Of a stretch of 64,000 nucleotides of DNA, positions 19,096 to 29,936 are shown piece by piece. Position 1 is the first letter of the stretch, and each line of letters opens with the position of its first letter. The position numbers and the translations under genes are program-made. The DNA is from an uncultured Prevotella sp. (GTDB lineage: Bacteria > Bacteroidota > Bacteroidia > Bacteroidales > Bacteroidaceae): assembly GCF_937922495.1 (NCBI RefSeq), contig NZ_CALAIU010000021.1, one strand, 5' to 3'. A model generated the notes under the pieces. That model did no database searches and was not told where the DNA came from. It saw only the letters and a list, made by a program, of their open reading frames with translations.

Positions 19096-19103
19096 TACAT
19101 TTG
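19096..19103 (+). promoter_or_regulatory. -7 box TAcaTTTG for the HD gene
   Basis: tcgTACATTTGcaaaaaataag, 24 nt upstream of the ATG. Confidence 0.5.
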
Positions 19104-19126
19104 CAAAAAATAAGAACTACTTTTAC

Positions 19127-19765
19127 ATGATAGACAAAAATGTTAGTTTAGACCTGATGGAATTTGTAGAGACGGAGATTCTGCCGAGATACGCCGCTTT
19201 CGACCAGGCCCACAGGTTGGGACACGTAAATCAGGTAATAAAGCAATCACTCAATCTTGCAAGAAAGACCGGCGCCGACATCAATATGGCTTACGTCACC
19301 GCTGCCTACCATGACCTCGGACTCGAAGGGCCGCGGGCGATACACCATATCACGAGCGGAAAGATCCTGCTTGCCGATGCGAGACTGCGCAGATGGTTTT
19401 CTGCAGAACAGATAAAGATAATGAAGGAGGCTGTGGAAGACCATCGGGCATCAGCATCCCATGCCCCAAGAAGCATCTACGGCAAGATTGTGGCGGAGGC
19501 CGACAGGGAGCTTGACCCCGAAACGGTGTTCAGAAGAACAATCCTTTATGGAAGAGACCATTACCCCGAAATGTCGAAAGAGCAGCAATGGATCAGGTTC
19601 ACCGAACATCTCGAAGACAAATACTCCAACACAGGATACATCAAGCTGTGGATTCCCGGAAGTGAGAACGAGAAAAAGCTGAAGGCCATCAGGGAACTCC
19701 TCACCCAACCGAAGAAGCTCAGGGCGATGTTCGAATCCATCTTCGAGGAGACGGAAGAGGGATGA
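19127..19765 (+). CDS. HD-domain phosphohydrolase
   Basis: The H...HD motif reads AYHDLG. The protein is 212 aa. Confidence 0.65.
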   Translation: MIDKNVSLDLMEFVETEILPRYAAFDQAHRLGHVNQVIKQSLNLARKTGADINMAYVTAAYHDLGLEGPRAIHHITSGKILLADARLRRWFSAEQIKIMKEAVEDHRASASHAPRSIYGKIVAEADRELDPETVFRRTILYGRDHYPEMSKEQQWIRFTEHLEDKYSNTGYIKLWIPGSENEKKLKAIRELLTQPKKLRAMFESIFEETEEG

Positions 19766-19918
19766 AAGAACTGTTTCTTCCAAAGATTTGCCGCAACAAA
19801 CGCCATTCTGCGTCATTCATTGGAAAGACGGTGCTATACATATTAAATATAGGGTGCCATACATTAAGCATACGGCGCCATACACGAACAAGGATATCAA
19901 CTTAACACATCAAGAATA

Positions 19919-21808
19919 ATGAGAAAAGGACTTATAATAGGGTTGCTGCTTACGGCGATGACAGCCGGAGCCGTGAAGATGCAACCAGGATTCACCAAGG
20001 TAAAGCAGAGCGATGGCACGACAATAACCGTAAGGGCCTTCGGCGACGAGGACTTCAGCTATTTCATGTCTGCCGACGGAACACTGCTCTATCAGAAAGG
20101 CACGGACTTCTTCATTGCAGCCATCGGCAGCGACGGAAAGATGAAGCCGTCCGGCATCCTTGCGCACAATCCTGAGGAAAGGAGCGCCAAAGAGCTTTCG
20201 CTGATAAAGCTGCAGAACCGCGAGGCGTTTTTCAAAGCTATCAACTCGCAGGCCAAGGCCAACAGGATTATGCGCGAACCGATGGCAGAAGACAACACCC
20301 TGCTTCCGCATCTCGGGAAACAGAAAATCCCCGTTATCCTCGTGGAGTTCAGCGACGTGCCTTTCACGGTAAGCAATCCCAAGGAGACTTTCAACAAATA
20401 CCTGAACGGAAAGGAACTGTTCAACAAGACCGACGACCCGGAGATGGGTTATTTCAATGCCAAAGGCAACTTCATCGGCAACTACGGCAGCGTGGCACGC
20501 TATTTCTCCGACATGAGTTTCGGAAAGTTCCAGCCAGAGTTCGACGTATATGGTCCTGTCAAGCTCGACAAGTCACTCAGCGCATACGGTGCGGGATATT
20601 CCTCCCAAGAGGATATGAAGGGACTGTTCACGGATGCCTGCACGGCTATAGACGGCGAACTTGATTTTTCAAAATACGACTCCAACGGCGACGGCAACGT
20701 CGACCTCGTATACATCATCTATTCCGGCTATTCACAGAGTATCGCAGGCAACTCCACCGACTGCATCCATCCCAAATCGGGACTGCTGAGCCTCGACAAG
20801 ACTTTCGACGGCAAGAGCATCCGGCGCTACGGCGTGAACAACGAACTTAACGGCACTCCGGAGACGACCAGCCAGCTCGGTGTGATGATAAACGGTATCG
20901 GACTCTTCTGTCATGAGTTCTCCCATTGCATGGGAATGCCCGACCTGTATGCCACTTCCGGCAGCACAGCAGAAAAGCTCATCAACCACAACATGGACTA
21001 CTGGAGTCTTATGGATGCCGGAGAATACACATACAACGGCTACCGCCCGACGGAATACACGGCATGGGAACGTGAGCGCTTCGGCTGGATGGAAATAGAG
21101 ACACTGACCGAACCCGCCGACATCACTCTGACTACTCTTGCCAACAAGGGTAAGGCATACCGCATAGTGAACGACAAGGACAATACCGGACACGAATACT
21201 ACATTGTGGAGAACGTGCAGAAGAAGGGATGGAACAAGTCGTTATGGGGCAAAGGCATGATGGTGACCCACGTGGATTATGATGACTACTACTTCTCCCT
21301 CGGCGGCTGCAAGGTGAACAGTACCGCAGGACACCCGCGAATGACCCTCATGGCAGCCGACGGAATGCTCGTGCCAGAATACTATATCGGTGAAACGATA
21401 AAGGAGAGCACCGACGAAACGATAAAGAAACTCAACGCCGACCTCATAGCGAAATACAACGGACAGGAGTTCTCCGGCACCCTATACAAGAGCGAAGCCG
21501 CCGGCGACCTCTATCCTGGAACCTCCGAAGCCACATCGCTCACCGACGACTCCACCCCGATGAAGGCATGGACCTACACCGGAGGTACGATGGGCAAGCC
21601 GATAACCGATATCACGGAGAACACCGAAACAGGCGAGATTTCGTTCAAGTTCATGGGCGGAAAGACCGACGGAATAAACCTCATAACGACCGGACAGCAT
21701 GCCGACGGCAGAATCTATTCCATCAGCGGAACGCTTATGACGGGCGACCACAACTCCCTGCCCAAGGGTGTCTACATCATAAACGGAAAGAAAATGGTGA
21801 AGGAATAA
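19919..21808 (+). CDS. M6-family (immune inhibitor A-like) zinc metalloprotease with T9SS C-terminal domain
   Basis: Signal peptide, HEFSHCMGMPDLY zincin motif and a C-terminal Por tail (...KGVYIINGKKMVKE). Confidence 0.7.
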   Translation: MRKGLIIGLLLTAMTAGAVKMQPGFTKVKQSDGTTITVRAFGDEDFSYFMSADGTLLYQKGTDFFIAAIGSDGKMKPSGILAHNPEERSAKELSLIKLQNREAFFKAINSQAKANRIMREPMAEDNTLLPHLGKQKIPVILVEFSDVPFTVSNPKETFNKYLNGKELFNKTDDPEMGYFNAKGNFIGNYGSVARYFSDMSFGKFQPEFDVYGPVKLDKSLSAYGAGYSSQEDMKGLFTDACTAIDGELDFSKYDSNGDGNVDLVYIIYSGYSQSIAGNSTDCIHPKSGLLSLDKTFDGKSIRRYGVNNELNGTPETTSQLGVMINGIGLFCHEFSHCMGMPDLYATSGSTAEKLINHNMDYWSLMDAGEYTYNGYRPTEYTAWERERFGWMEIETLTEPADITLTTLANKGKAYRIVNDKDNTGHEYYIVENVQKKGWNKSLWGKGMMVTHVDYDDYYFSLGGCKVNSTAGHPRMTLMAADGMLVPEYYIGETIKESTDETIKKLNADLIAKYNGQEFSGTLYKSEAAGDLYPGTSEATSLTDDSTPMKAWTYTGGTMGKPITDITENTETGEISFKFMGGKTDGINLITTGQHADGRIYSISGTLMTGDHNSLPKGVYIINGKKMVKE

Positions 21809-21815
21809 TATGGCA

Positions 21816-21850
21816 AAAGGCTGAACCCAATCAAGGATTCAGCCTTTTTC
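21816..21850. terminator. Bidirectional rho-independent terminator between the M6 protease gene and dapA
   Basis: AGGCTGAA-cccaatcaagga-TTCAGCCT followed by TTTTT. The opposite strand carries a T-run as well. Confidence 0.75.
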
Positions 21851-21894
21851 ATATCATAAAGCGAAAATCTGCAACACACAGACTTTCAATCTGT

Positions 21895-22779
21895 TCAGAC
21901 ATTGAATTTCAAGCATTCGCTTATCTTCTGCATCGTGGTGAGACGCGTAGGCACAAGCGGCAGGCGAAGCACATTCTCAATCATCCCCATCTCATGAAGC
22001 ATCGCCTTTACTCCCGCCGGATTGCCATCCACAAAGAGGAGATTGAAGAGGTCGGTAAAGCGATGGTGAATCTTGCGCGCCGGCTCTATCTCGCCGTTCT
22101 GCTCCAGTCTGAGCATACGCGAGAATTCCTTAGGCAGAGCGTTTCCGATAACGGAAATCACTCCCACTGCCCCACAGGCAATCATCGGGAATGTCAACGC
22201 ATCATCACCGCTTATCACATCAAACGTGTCCGGCTTGTTCTTTATTATCTCGTCCACCTGCTCCAGGTTTCCGCTTGCCTCCTTCACGGCGACGATGTTC
22301 TTGCAGTCGCGTGCAAGGCGCACCGTTGTCACCGCCGAAAGATTTACGCCTGTTCTGCCCGGCACATTATATAATATGACAGGCATTTCCGTAGCTGCGG
22401 CAATCGTCTTGAAATGCTGATACAGTCCCTCCTGCGACGGTTTGTTGTAATACGGACATACGCTCAGCACTCCGTCGATACCCGAGAAATCGCGCGTCTT
22501 CAGCTCCTCCACTACGGCAGCGGTGTTGTTTCCGCCGCATCCCATAAGGATAGGCACGCGTCCGGCAACCTTCTCCACAACGAAATCCTTGATTCTCTGC
22601 TTCTCATCCTCCGTGAGCGTAGGTGTCTCGCCCGTCGTGGCAAGTATGCAGAAGAAGTCAGCACCATTTTCCAACTGATACTCTATCAGCTTCTCCAGCG
22701 CTGCATAATCCACAATGCCAGATGCCGTAAACGGCGTTATAAGGGCAATACCAAGTCCCTTGAATATGTTTTGACACAT
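21895..22779 (-). CDS. dapA: 4-hydroxy-tetrahydrodipicolinate synthase
   Basis: GIALITPF...; 294 aa DapA/NAL family. Confidence 0.85.
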   Translation of the reverse strand: MCQNIFKGLGIALITPFTASGIVDYAALEKLIEYQLENGADFFCILATTGETPTLTEDEKQRIKDFVVEKVAGRVPILMGCGGNNTAAVVEELKTRDFSGIDGVLSVCPYYNKPSQEGLYQHFKTIAAATEMPVILYNVPGRTGVNLSAVTTVRLARDCKNIVAVKEASGNLEQVDEIIKNKPDTFDVISGDDALTFPMIACGAVGVISVIGNALPKEFSRMLRLEQNGEIEPARKIHHRFTDLFNLLFVDGNPAGVKAMLHEMGMIENVLRLPLVPTRLTTMQKISECLKFNV

Positions 22780-22900
22780 AATGAAATATTTTTTTCATGT
22801 TTTAAACCGTTGCAAATTTACGATTTTAAAAGTAAATTGCAAAACTTTTTACGCATATATATGTTAATCTGCGCACGCCGCAACGGAATTTTTCCCCTCC

Positions 22901-23818
22901 CTATTTGCTTCCGATATAAAGGAACACCATTCCGAGCAGAACCAGCATGAGGTCTACCAGCTTGCTCTTCAGGTTCTTCTCATGAAGCAGCATAGCCCCG
23001 AAGAGGAACGACACGATTACGCTGCCCCTGCGCACCATCGACACGATACTTATCATTGCATCGGGGAAGCTCAGGGCATAGAAATACACAAAGTCGGCAG
23101 CACTCAGGAACACGCTTATCAGTATTATGCCCCAATGCCAATGAAACGCTGTGGAGGCCTTGCGCTTGGGATACCAGATTACGAGCAGCATGATGAGCAT
23201 CATGAAGCATTGGTAGATGTTGTACCAGCTCTGCACCATCATGCTGTTGAGCCCCACTCCGCCGCTCTCGCGCGGCGCCATGAGATACTTGTCGTATAAT
23301 CCGCTAACGGCTCCGAGCACAGCGGCAAGCACGATGAAATATATCCACTTGTCATGCTTGAAGTCGATGCCTTCCTTCTTTCCGCTCCTGCTGAGCATGA
23401 AGAACGAGGCCACCGCCAGTGCCACTCCTATCCACTGATATACATTCAGCCGCTCGCCGAACACGAGCAGTGCGCCGACGAGCACCATCACGGGGCGCGT
23501 GGCATTGATCGGCCCTACTATCGTGAGCGGCAGATGCTTCATGCCGAAATAGCCGAATATCCACGACGACAACACGATGATGCTCTTGCCGATGATATAC
23601 TTATGTTCGTCCCATCCGCCCGATGCCACATGGAAGATGCTTCCGTCGAGCATCGTGGTGTTATACGACAGGATGATAAACGGCAGGAATATCATCGATG
23701 CGAAAAGCGTATTGAGAAACAACACCGGTATCACGGCATTGTCACGGAGCGACTCTTTCTTGAAAGAATCATAGAAACCCAAAAGGGTTGCAGACAGAAA
23801 AGCTAAAATCAGCCACAT
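22901..23818 (-). CDS. EamA/DMT-family transporter
   Basis: 10 TM segments and duplicated EamA halves. Confidence 0.65.
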   Translation of the reverse strand: MWLILAFLSATLLGFYDSFKKESLRDNAVIPVLFLNTLFASMIFLPFIILSYNTTMLDGSIFHVASGGWDEHKYIIGKSIIVLSSWIFGYFGMKHLPLTIVGPINATRPVMVLVGALLVFGERLNVYQWIGVALAVASFFMLSRSGKKEGIDFKHDKWIYFIVLAAVLGAVSGLYDKYLMAPRESGGVGLNSMMVQSWYNIYQCFMMLIMLLVIWYPKRKASTAFHWHWGIILISVFLSAADFVYFYALSFPDAMISIVSMVRRGSVIVSFLFGAMLLHEKNLKSKLVDLMLVLLGMVFLYIGSK

Positions 23819-23850
23819 AATATTTTCTTTTATTATCCTGAATAATCTTT

Positions 23851-24612
23851 TTAATTCTCATCAAATGGATACAACACTTTTTCCAGGAAGAGCGCATTGC
23901 CCGGCATGCTCTCACCGGCATTGCTGCGGTTCTTCCCTGCCACGACAGCCTTGAACTGCTCCATCGTCAGGCGGTGTCTCCCCACATCTATCAGCGTGCC
24001 CACCACGGCGCGCACCATATTGCGCAGGAACCTGTCGGCAGAAATCACGAAGTGCCAGCAGCCGTCGCCGTCGTCAATCCAGCGGGCTTCGCTTACGCGG
24101 CAGATGGTGGTCTTCACATCCGTATGCACCTTGCAGAAAGCGGCGAAGTCGCTGCACTCAAGCAGGTATGCCGCCGCCTCGTTCATCAGCTTGAAGTCGA
24201 GGTCGTAATGCAGTTCGCAGGAATAAAACCTATGGAAGGGGTTCTTGTGCAGATGGATATAATAATGATATGTACGTTTCACGGCGCTGAACCTTGCATG
24301 CATCTCCCCATCCACCGGAATAACCTTGCCCACGGAGATGTCGCGCGGCAAGAGGCGGTTCAGCTTATACGCAAGTTGCTTACAGTCAACATTCTGGTCT
24401 GTGTCGAAGTGTGCCACCATCACTCTGGCATGCACACCGGCGTCGGTGCGTCCCGCACCCACAATCTCCATCTCGCGGCGCATCAAAGTGGAGAGTGCGC
24501 GCTGCATCTCCTCCTGCACGGAATTGCCGTTTGGCTGTATCTGCCACCCGTGATATGCCGTTCCGTCATAGCTCAAATATATGAAATATCTCTGCATCAA
24601 TTCTTCTGACAA
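23851..24612 (-). CDS. truA: tRNA pseudouridine(38-40) synthase
   Basis: YFIYLSYDGTAYHGWQIQPNG...GAGRTDAGVHA. Confidence 0.9.
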   Translation of the reverse strand: MSEELMQRYFIYLSYDGTAYHGWQIQPNGNSVQEEMQRALSTLMRREMEIVGAGRTDAGVHARVMVAHFDTDQNVDCKQLAYKLNRLLPRDISVGKVIPVDGEMHARFSAVKRTYHYYIHLHKNPFHRFYSCELHYDLDFKLMNEAAAYLLECSDFAAFCKVHTDVKTTICRVSEARWIDDGDGCWHFVISADRFLRNMVRAVVGTLIDVGRHRLTMEQFKAVVAGKNRSNAGESMPGNALFLEKVLYPFDEN

Positions 24613-24697
24613 TTCGTTTCGACCTGCAAAATTACTCTATATAATGGGAACGGCAAAGAAAATGCGGGGAAAAGAAAGAAATAACAAATAAAAAGGT

Positions 24698-24705
24698 TAC
24701 TTTTG
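24698..24705 (+). promoter_or_regulatory. -7 box TActTTTG for the DAACS gene
   Basis: aaggtTACTTTTGcaacag, about 65 nt upstream of the ATG at 24773. Confidence 0.5.
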
Positions 24706-24772
24706 CAACAGCTTTGTTAATATGAGCAAAAACACGCCGACCGGCAATTGAACAGATAAACGAATATTCTAT

Positions 24773-26020
24773 ATGGAAAGAACTGAAAGTCAGAAGAATG
24801 ACCAAAAACCAAGCAAACAGACCAAGCAGTTGATTCTATGGATCGGTGCCCTGGTAGTGGGAGCCGTATTGGGAATGTTGGGAATCAACGCCCTCAATGA
24901 GTTGATGAACTTTATCGCCACGGTATACACCCGCCTGTTCCAGCTTCTGGCGGTGCCCACAATCGCCCTGGCGGTAATGACCACACTGGCGGCACTGGGC
25001 AACCAGGCCGACACGGGGAAGATATTCCGCCGCGCCTTAGTCTACACAATGCTCACCACGTTTGCCGCAGCCGCCGTAGGACTCGTGCTCTACAACATCG
25101 TGCAGCCCGGAAACCTGCCGCAGGCAATGGTGCAGAGCGGCACTTCGGCGCTGCCACAGGATCTGGGCGAGACGTCATACTATGACCATATCCTGGGCGT
25201 AATCCCCAACAATATCGTCAGACCGTTCGCCGAGGGCAACGTGCTCTCCATCCTCATTCTGGCGGCTGCTGTGGGCATTGCCCTCGCCAAGATGCCGTCG
25301 TCCGACAAGAAAGACGTGATCATCAAGGGTCTCCAAGGGCTCCAAGACTTGCTCTTCCTCCTCATCCACGCCCTCATCTGGGCATTGCCGCTGGGCATCG
25401 TCGCCTTTGCAGCTCAGTTGTCGGCACAGTTCTCTGCCGGAATCGTGATGGCGTCGCTCGGCAAATACGTCGCCGTGATACTGGGAGGCAACATGATTCA
25501 GTTCTTCATCATCCTCCCACTCTTCCTGCTGGCCAGAGGTCTGAACCCGTTGCGCACGCTGGGCAGGATGATGCCCGCCGTATTGATGGCGCTATTCACC
25601 AAGAGTTCGGCAGCCACACTGCCAGTGACGATGCAGACAGCCGAGGATTGTCTGGGCGTATCCAGCAAGGTGTCGCGCTTCGTACTGCCCATCTGCACCA
25701 CCATCAACATGAATGGTTGTGCGGCTTTCATCCTCGTCACCTCGCTCTTCCTGATGCAAAACGGCGGCATGTCGCTCCCCTGGACCTCCATGATTCTCTG
25801 GCTCTTCATCTCCGTCCTTTCCGCCATAGGCAATGCCGGCGTACCAATGGGCTGCTATTTCCTCACGCTCTCCCTCATGTCGGGTGTCAATGCCCCGATC
25901 GGCATCATGGGAATCATCCTGCCCATCTATACCATCATCGACATGATAGAGACTGCCGAGAACGTCTGGTCCGACTCCTGCGTCTGCGCAATGGTAAACA
26001 AGGACATGAGCAAGTGTTGA
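24773..26020 (+). CDS. Dicarboxylate/amino acid:cation symporter (DAACS family)
   Basis: 415 aa polytopic protein with DAACS re-entrant loop motifs (SSAATLPVTM). Confidence 0.7.
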   Translation: MERTESQKNDQKPSKQTKQLILWIGALVVGAVLGMLGINALNELMNFIATVYTRLFQLLAVPTIALAVMTTLAALGNQADTGKIFRRALVYTMLTTFAAAAVGLVLYNIVQPGNLPQAMVQSGTSALPQDLGETSYYDHILGVIPNNIVRPFAEGNVLSILILAAAVGIALAKMPSSDKKDVIIKGLQGLQDLLFLLIHALIWALPLGIVAFAAQLSAQFSAGIVMASLGKYVAVILGGNMIQFFIILPLFLLARGLNPLRTLGRMMPAVLMALFTKSSAATLPVTMQTAEDCLGVSSKVSRFVLPICTTINMNGCAAFILVTSLFLMQNGGMSLPWTSMILWLFISVLSAIGNAGVPMGCYFLTLSLMSGVNAPIGIMGIILPIYTIIDMIETAENVWSDSCVCAMVNKDMSKC

Positions 26021-26060
26021 TGGAATCGGAAAATATATATAAAGTAAGAATTTAGAGTAA

Positions 26061-26201
26061 AAAAAGTTTTTCCTTTTTTTACCCTCACACCCTCACAAAT
26101 ATGCCTGAAACGCCCTGTATATCGGGGTTTCAGGTGTGAGGGTAAGTGTTTTTACCCTCACACTTACCCTCACACCCTCACTCTTCCGGCAGGAAAGCAT
26201 C
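26061..26201. repeat. 'ACCCTCAC' hairpin repeat element, copy A (about 140 bp, terminator-like)
   Basis: TTTTTACCCTCACACCCTCAC...CTGAAACGCCCTGTATATCGGGGTTTCAG...GTGTGAGGGTAAGTGTTTTT...TCTTCCGGCAGGAAAGCATC. A near-identical copy lies at 46105-46277. Confidence 0.85.
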
Positions 26202-26381
26202 CTGTTTGTCGTGAACTCTATGGATGGGCGTCAATGGAGCAGAGGTTTACCAGGCGTATAGCTATGTTATATTGTTAGTATACCTATGCTGAACTATCGG
26301 TACCAAGGTGCTATACCTTTCTGGTACCGTCTTTTCTATGAAAAAAAGGAGGAAATATTTGGGTCTTATAAAAAAACATAG

Positions 26382-26389
26382 TACATTTG
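26382..26389 (+). promoter_or_regulatory. -7 box TAcaTTTG driving the cobalamin riboswitch and btuB
   Basis: aaacatagTACATTTGcagcgg. Confidence 0.55.
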
Positions 26390-26394
26390 CAGCG

Positions 26395-26600
26395 GATTTG
26401 GAAACAGGGCATACACTCCTGTGCAAGGGAATCAGGTGGAATACCTGAGCTGTACCTGCAGCTGTAACCATATTTTTCTCCCCTCCAAGCAAGGTCACTG
26501 AAGGCAAAACGCCGATGGTTTTGCAGATTCGGGAAGACGGAAGGGGATGTGGAAGCCAGAATACCTGCCATCTCCTCTAATAGATTAAAGCTCCCAGGAA
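26395..26600 (+). ncRNA. Cobalamin (B12) riboswitch
   Basis: The conserved core is AAGGGAAUCAGGUGGAAUACCUGAGCUG...GCAGCUGUAACC. A B12-box-like GGUCACUG is followed by GGGAAGACGGAAGG. The expression platform can sequester the RBS (CCAUCUCCUC against AGGAGCA) just before the btuB ATG at 26616. Confidence 0.8.
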
Positions 26601-26615
26601 CAGGAGCATATTATT

Positions 26616-28769
26616 ATGAACAGAAACAGAATACTATTATTAGCCCTGACATCGGGCATATGCGGTGTGTCTTCACATGCCCAGAAAGATAATGGCCATA
26701 CCCTACAGGAGGTGGTGGTCACAGCCACTGGTACGGGTCACCTGCTGAAAGACGTGCCCGTGCAGACCGAAGTGATTTCCCGGAAGATGATAGAAAGTTA
26801 CGGAGCAAAGTCCATTGAGGAGATACTGGGCGGACTCACAGCGTCCTTCTCGTTCAACGAGGGCGACATGGGAAGCCAGACGCAGCTCAACGGACTGGGA
26901 AACAACTACATCCTGATTCTCATTGATGGAAAGAGAATACACGGCGACAACGGAGGCGAAAACGACCTCGGACTGATTGACCCGCACAACATCGAGCGCA
27001 TCGAAATAGTGAAGGGAGCACAGTCGGCACTCTACGGATCCGATGCCATGGCCGGAGTGATAAACATCATAACGAAGAAACACGACACCGAAGGACTACT
27101 GCTTGAGAACAAGACAAGATACGGCAGATTCAACGATATCAGACAGCACAACGGTGTGGGAGTGAGGTTCGGAAAGGTACAGTCGTACACCGGATTCCAA
27201 CTGCAACACTGCGACGGATGGCAGAACACGTCTAAGGAATACGCCGAAGGCCACATATTGCCCGACTCAAGGAACAAGACGCGCAACAAGTTCACGAACT
27301 GGCAGGTGAGCGAACGGCTGACATACAACCCGACGAAAGACCTGGAGCTATATGCCGGCGGAAGCTTCTACCGCAAGGACATCATGCGCCCGACAAACGG
27401 CAGATACCCGTCGTGCGACGTCTACACCTACGACCTGCTCTACCGCAACGCATCCGCCTCGGCAGGAGGGAAATGGTTCACCGACAGGGAGAAGAAGGAC
27501 TATCTCTCGCTCGACGTGGACTGGAACAAACACGCTTACTACTACCACTATACGGCCCGTACATACGAGGATGCATACATCAACGGGGAACTGGAACACG
27601 GAGTGCCCTTCTATGCCGGACAGGAACGCCTGCAAAGCGATCAGCAGCGCACGATGGCCACACTCAAGGGAGTGTTCCATCTGCCATACGCCAACACGCT
27701 CAACGTGGGAGCGGAATACAGATACGACTATCTGAAGGCTCCGATGCGCACGGAAACCGGCACGGCAAGCGACAACACCGCCGCCATATATGCGCAGGAC
27801 GAATACAATCCGGCAAGATGGCTCAACCTGACTGCCGGCGCAAGGCTCGTGGACAACGAGAAATTCGGATTCCACTTCACGCCGAAGCTGAGTGCGATGG
27901 CAAGTCTGGGCGATTTCCGTCTGCGACTGGGATGGAGCCAGGGATTCAAGTCGCCCACGGTGAAGGAACTATATTACAGATATCTCCACGTGATGGGCTC
28001 AAGCACTTTCTTTAATATGGGAAACAAGTCGCTCCGCCCGCAGAAGAGCAACTATTTCAGCGCCAATCTGGAATACCGCACGGAGAGGTTCTCGGCATCC
28101 GTAATGGGCTACTACAACAAACTGAAGAACATGATTACGCTCGTGAACGTGCCGGTGGATGAACTGCCCAAGGATGTCACCACGGGCTATCTGGGCGACG
28201 GCAGCGGAAAGGTGACGGCACGAAAATACAAGAACATGGAAGATGCCGAGACGTATGGAGTGGACGTGAACATGTCGGTCAATATCTTCAAGGACCTGAC
28301 GCTGACCGCCAACTACAGCTATCTCGACACCAGGGCAAACACATACGACGTGGAGCACGACCGCATGAAGCGTGCCACGATAGACGGCATGGCGCATAAC
28401 AAATGGAACGCCAGCCTCATCTACGGCCACCGGTTCAGCCCCTCATACCGCCTGGGAGCCAACCTCGCCACCCACGGCAGCAGCAAGCGCTACTACGAGA
28501 ACAACGGCAACGGTAAGCATTTCCAGATATGGCGCATCAACACCACACACGACTTCGGCAAGATGAACGCCCCGCTCACATACAAGGTGGAGCTTGGAAT
28601 CGACAACATCTTCGACTACAAGGACACGACGATGCGCCCATACCACATGGGCACGACTACCGGAGGCAGGACATGCTACGTGTCGGTGGCAGTGAAGTTC
28701 AACAAAGGAAAGAAGATTAACAATCATAATTTTAACAAACAAAACAAAAACAACAATGAAGAAGATTAA
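26616..28769 (+). CDS. btuB: TonB-dependent receptor, vitamin B12/corrinoid transporter
   Basis: Riboswitch-controlled. Plug domain (DVPVQTEVISRK...GVINIITKK), 717 aa barrel. Confidence 0.85.
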   Translation: MNRNRILLLALTSGICGVSSHAQKDNGHTLQEVVVTATGTGHLLKDVPVQTEVISRKMIESYGAKSIEEILGGLTASFSFNEGDMGSQTQLNGLGNNYILILIDGKRIHGDNGGENDLGLIDPHNIERIEIVKGAQSALYGSDAMAGVINIITKKHDTEGLLLENKTRYGRFNDIRQHNGVGVRFGKVQSYTGFQLQHCDGWQNTSKEYAEGHILPDSRNKTRNKFTNWQVSERLTYNPTKDLELYAGGSFYRKDIMRPTNGRYPSCDVYTYDLLYRNASASAGGKWFTDREKKDYLSLDVDWNKHAYYYHYTARTYEDAYINGELEHGVPFYAGQERLQSDQQRTMATLKGVFHLPYANTLNVGAEYRYDYLKAPMRTETGTASDNTAAIYAQDEYNPARWLNLTAGARLVDNEKFGFHFTPKLSAMASLGDFRLRLGWSQGFKSPTVKELYYRYLHVMGSSTFFNMGNKSLRPQKSNYFSANLEYRTERFSASVMGYYNKLKNMITLVNVPVDELPKDVTTGYLGDGSGKVTARKYKNMEDAETYGVDVNMSVNIFKDLTLTANYSYLDTRANTYDVEHDRMKRATIDGMAHNKWNASLIYGHRFSPSYRLGANLATHGSSKRYYENNGNGKHFQIWRINTTHDFGKMNAPLTYKVELGIDNIFDYKDTTMRPYHMGTTTGGRTCYVSVAVKFNKGKKINNHNFNKQNKNNNEED

Positions 28770-29838
28770 AATCTTTATGATGATGCTGCTTGCTGTGCTT
28801 TCATTCGCAGCTTGTAGCGATGATGACGACCCGAATGAGAACGTCATCTCCGAGTACACCCACAACGACCAGATCGTTTCCGCACAGAAAGCAAAGTCTG
28901 GCAAGAATGAGGCTGTGCTTCTCGTGGCTTTCGGCTCTACATGGACCAACGCTTTCGCTGCTTTTGACGAAACAAAGAAGGCTTACGAGCAGGCATTCCC
29001 TAACGCAGACGTTTACTTCTGCTTCTCTTCAGACATCTGCATCAACCGTGCAAGCGCCGGCGAGCACGGAGAAAAGCGCGACTACTATGAGCCTCGCTAT
29101 CTGCTCCACGCCATCGGTGCTGCCAAGTACAGCAAGGTTTACGTGCAGAGCCTCCAGGTTATCCCTGGTGAGGAGTTCGCAAACGTTGTGGCTGCAGTGA
29201 AGAAGTTCGCCAACAACGGTTATGTAAAGGATGCACACCTCGACGACGAGTATCTGAAGAAAGTTGAGATTCACCTCGGTATGCCTCTGCTCAACGACCT
29301 CGACGAGGTTGACGACGTGGCAAAGCTGCTCAACGACCTCTATAAGGACGAGGCTGCCCAGGGTGCTGTAGCATTCATGGGTCACGGTAACCCTGACAAC
29401 TACGACTCTTTCAAGGCCAACGTTCGCTACACTCAGCTTGAGCAAGCTCTCCAGAAATTCAGCAAGAACTACTATGTAGGTACTGTTGACATGAAGAACA
29501 ACTACAAGCAGAACGTGATGGACCGCATGAAGGGAAACAACATCAAGAACGGTAAGGTATATCTCCACGCCCTGATGTCTATCGCCGGTGACCACGCCCA
29601 CAACGACATGGCAGGCGAAGGCAGCGACTACTGGGATTCCAAGGATCCAACAAGCGAGGACAACAGCTGGTTCGAATTCTTCAAGAACAATGGATACGAG
29701 TCAATCGTTCCGATGAAGAACGAAAATCCACTCGGACTGCTCGAGTTGCCTACCATCCGTCAGATCTGGATTAACCATACAAAGAATGCCGAGCTCCTGG
29801 AGGATGCTTACCATTCAATGTATCCTGAGGCAGAATAA
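28756..29838 (+). CDS. CbiK-family (anaerobic sirohydrochlorin cobaltochelatase-like) lipoprotein, IhtB-like
   Basis: Lipobox LSFAACSDDDD. CbiK motifs LLVAFGST, FMGHG and LMSIAGDHAHNDMAG. Confidence 0.7.
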   Translation: MKKIKIFMMMLLAVLSFAACSDDDDPNENVISEYTHNDQIVSAQKAKSGKNEAVLLVAFGSTWTNAFAAFDETKKAYEQAFPNADVYFCFSSDICINRASAGEHGEKRDYYEPRYLLHAIGAAKYSKVYVQSLQVIPGEEFANVVAAVKKFANNGYVKDAHLDDEYLKKVEIHLGMPLLNDLDEVDDVAKLLNDLYKDEAAQGAVAFMGHGNPDNYDSFKANVRYTQLEQALQKFSKNYYVGTVDMKNNYKQNVMDRMKGNNIKNGKVYLHALMSIAGDHAHNDMAGEGSDYWDSKDPTSEDNSWFEFFKNNGYESIVPMKNENPLGLLELPTIRQIWINHTKNAELLEDAYHSMYPEAE

Positions 29839-29936
29839 TAGTCTTTAGATTGTTTTCGGTAAATATTTAATTTGATAGGGACACTGGATTGAAGGAAAAT
29901 CCAGTGTGCCTATTTTGTCTTTTATATATAAGCAAT

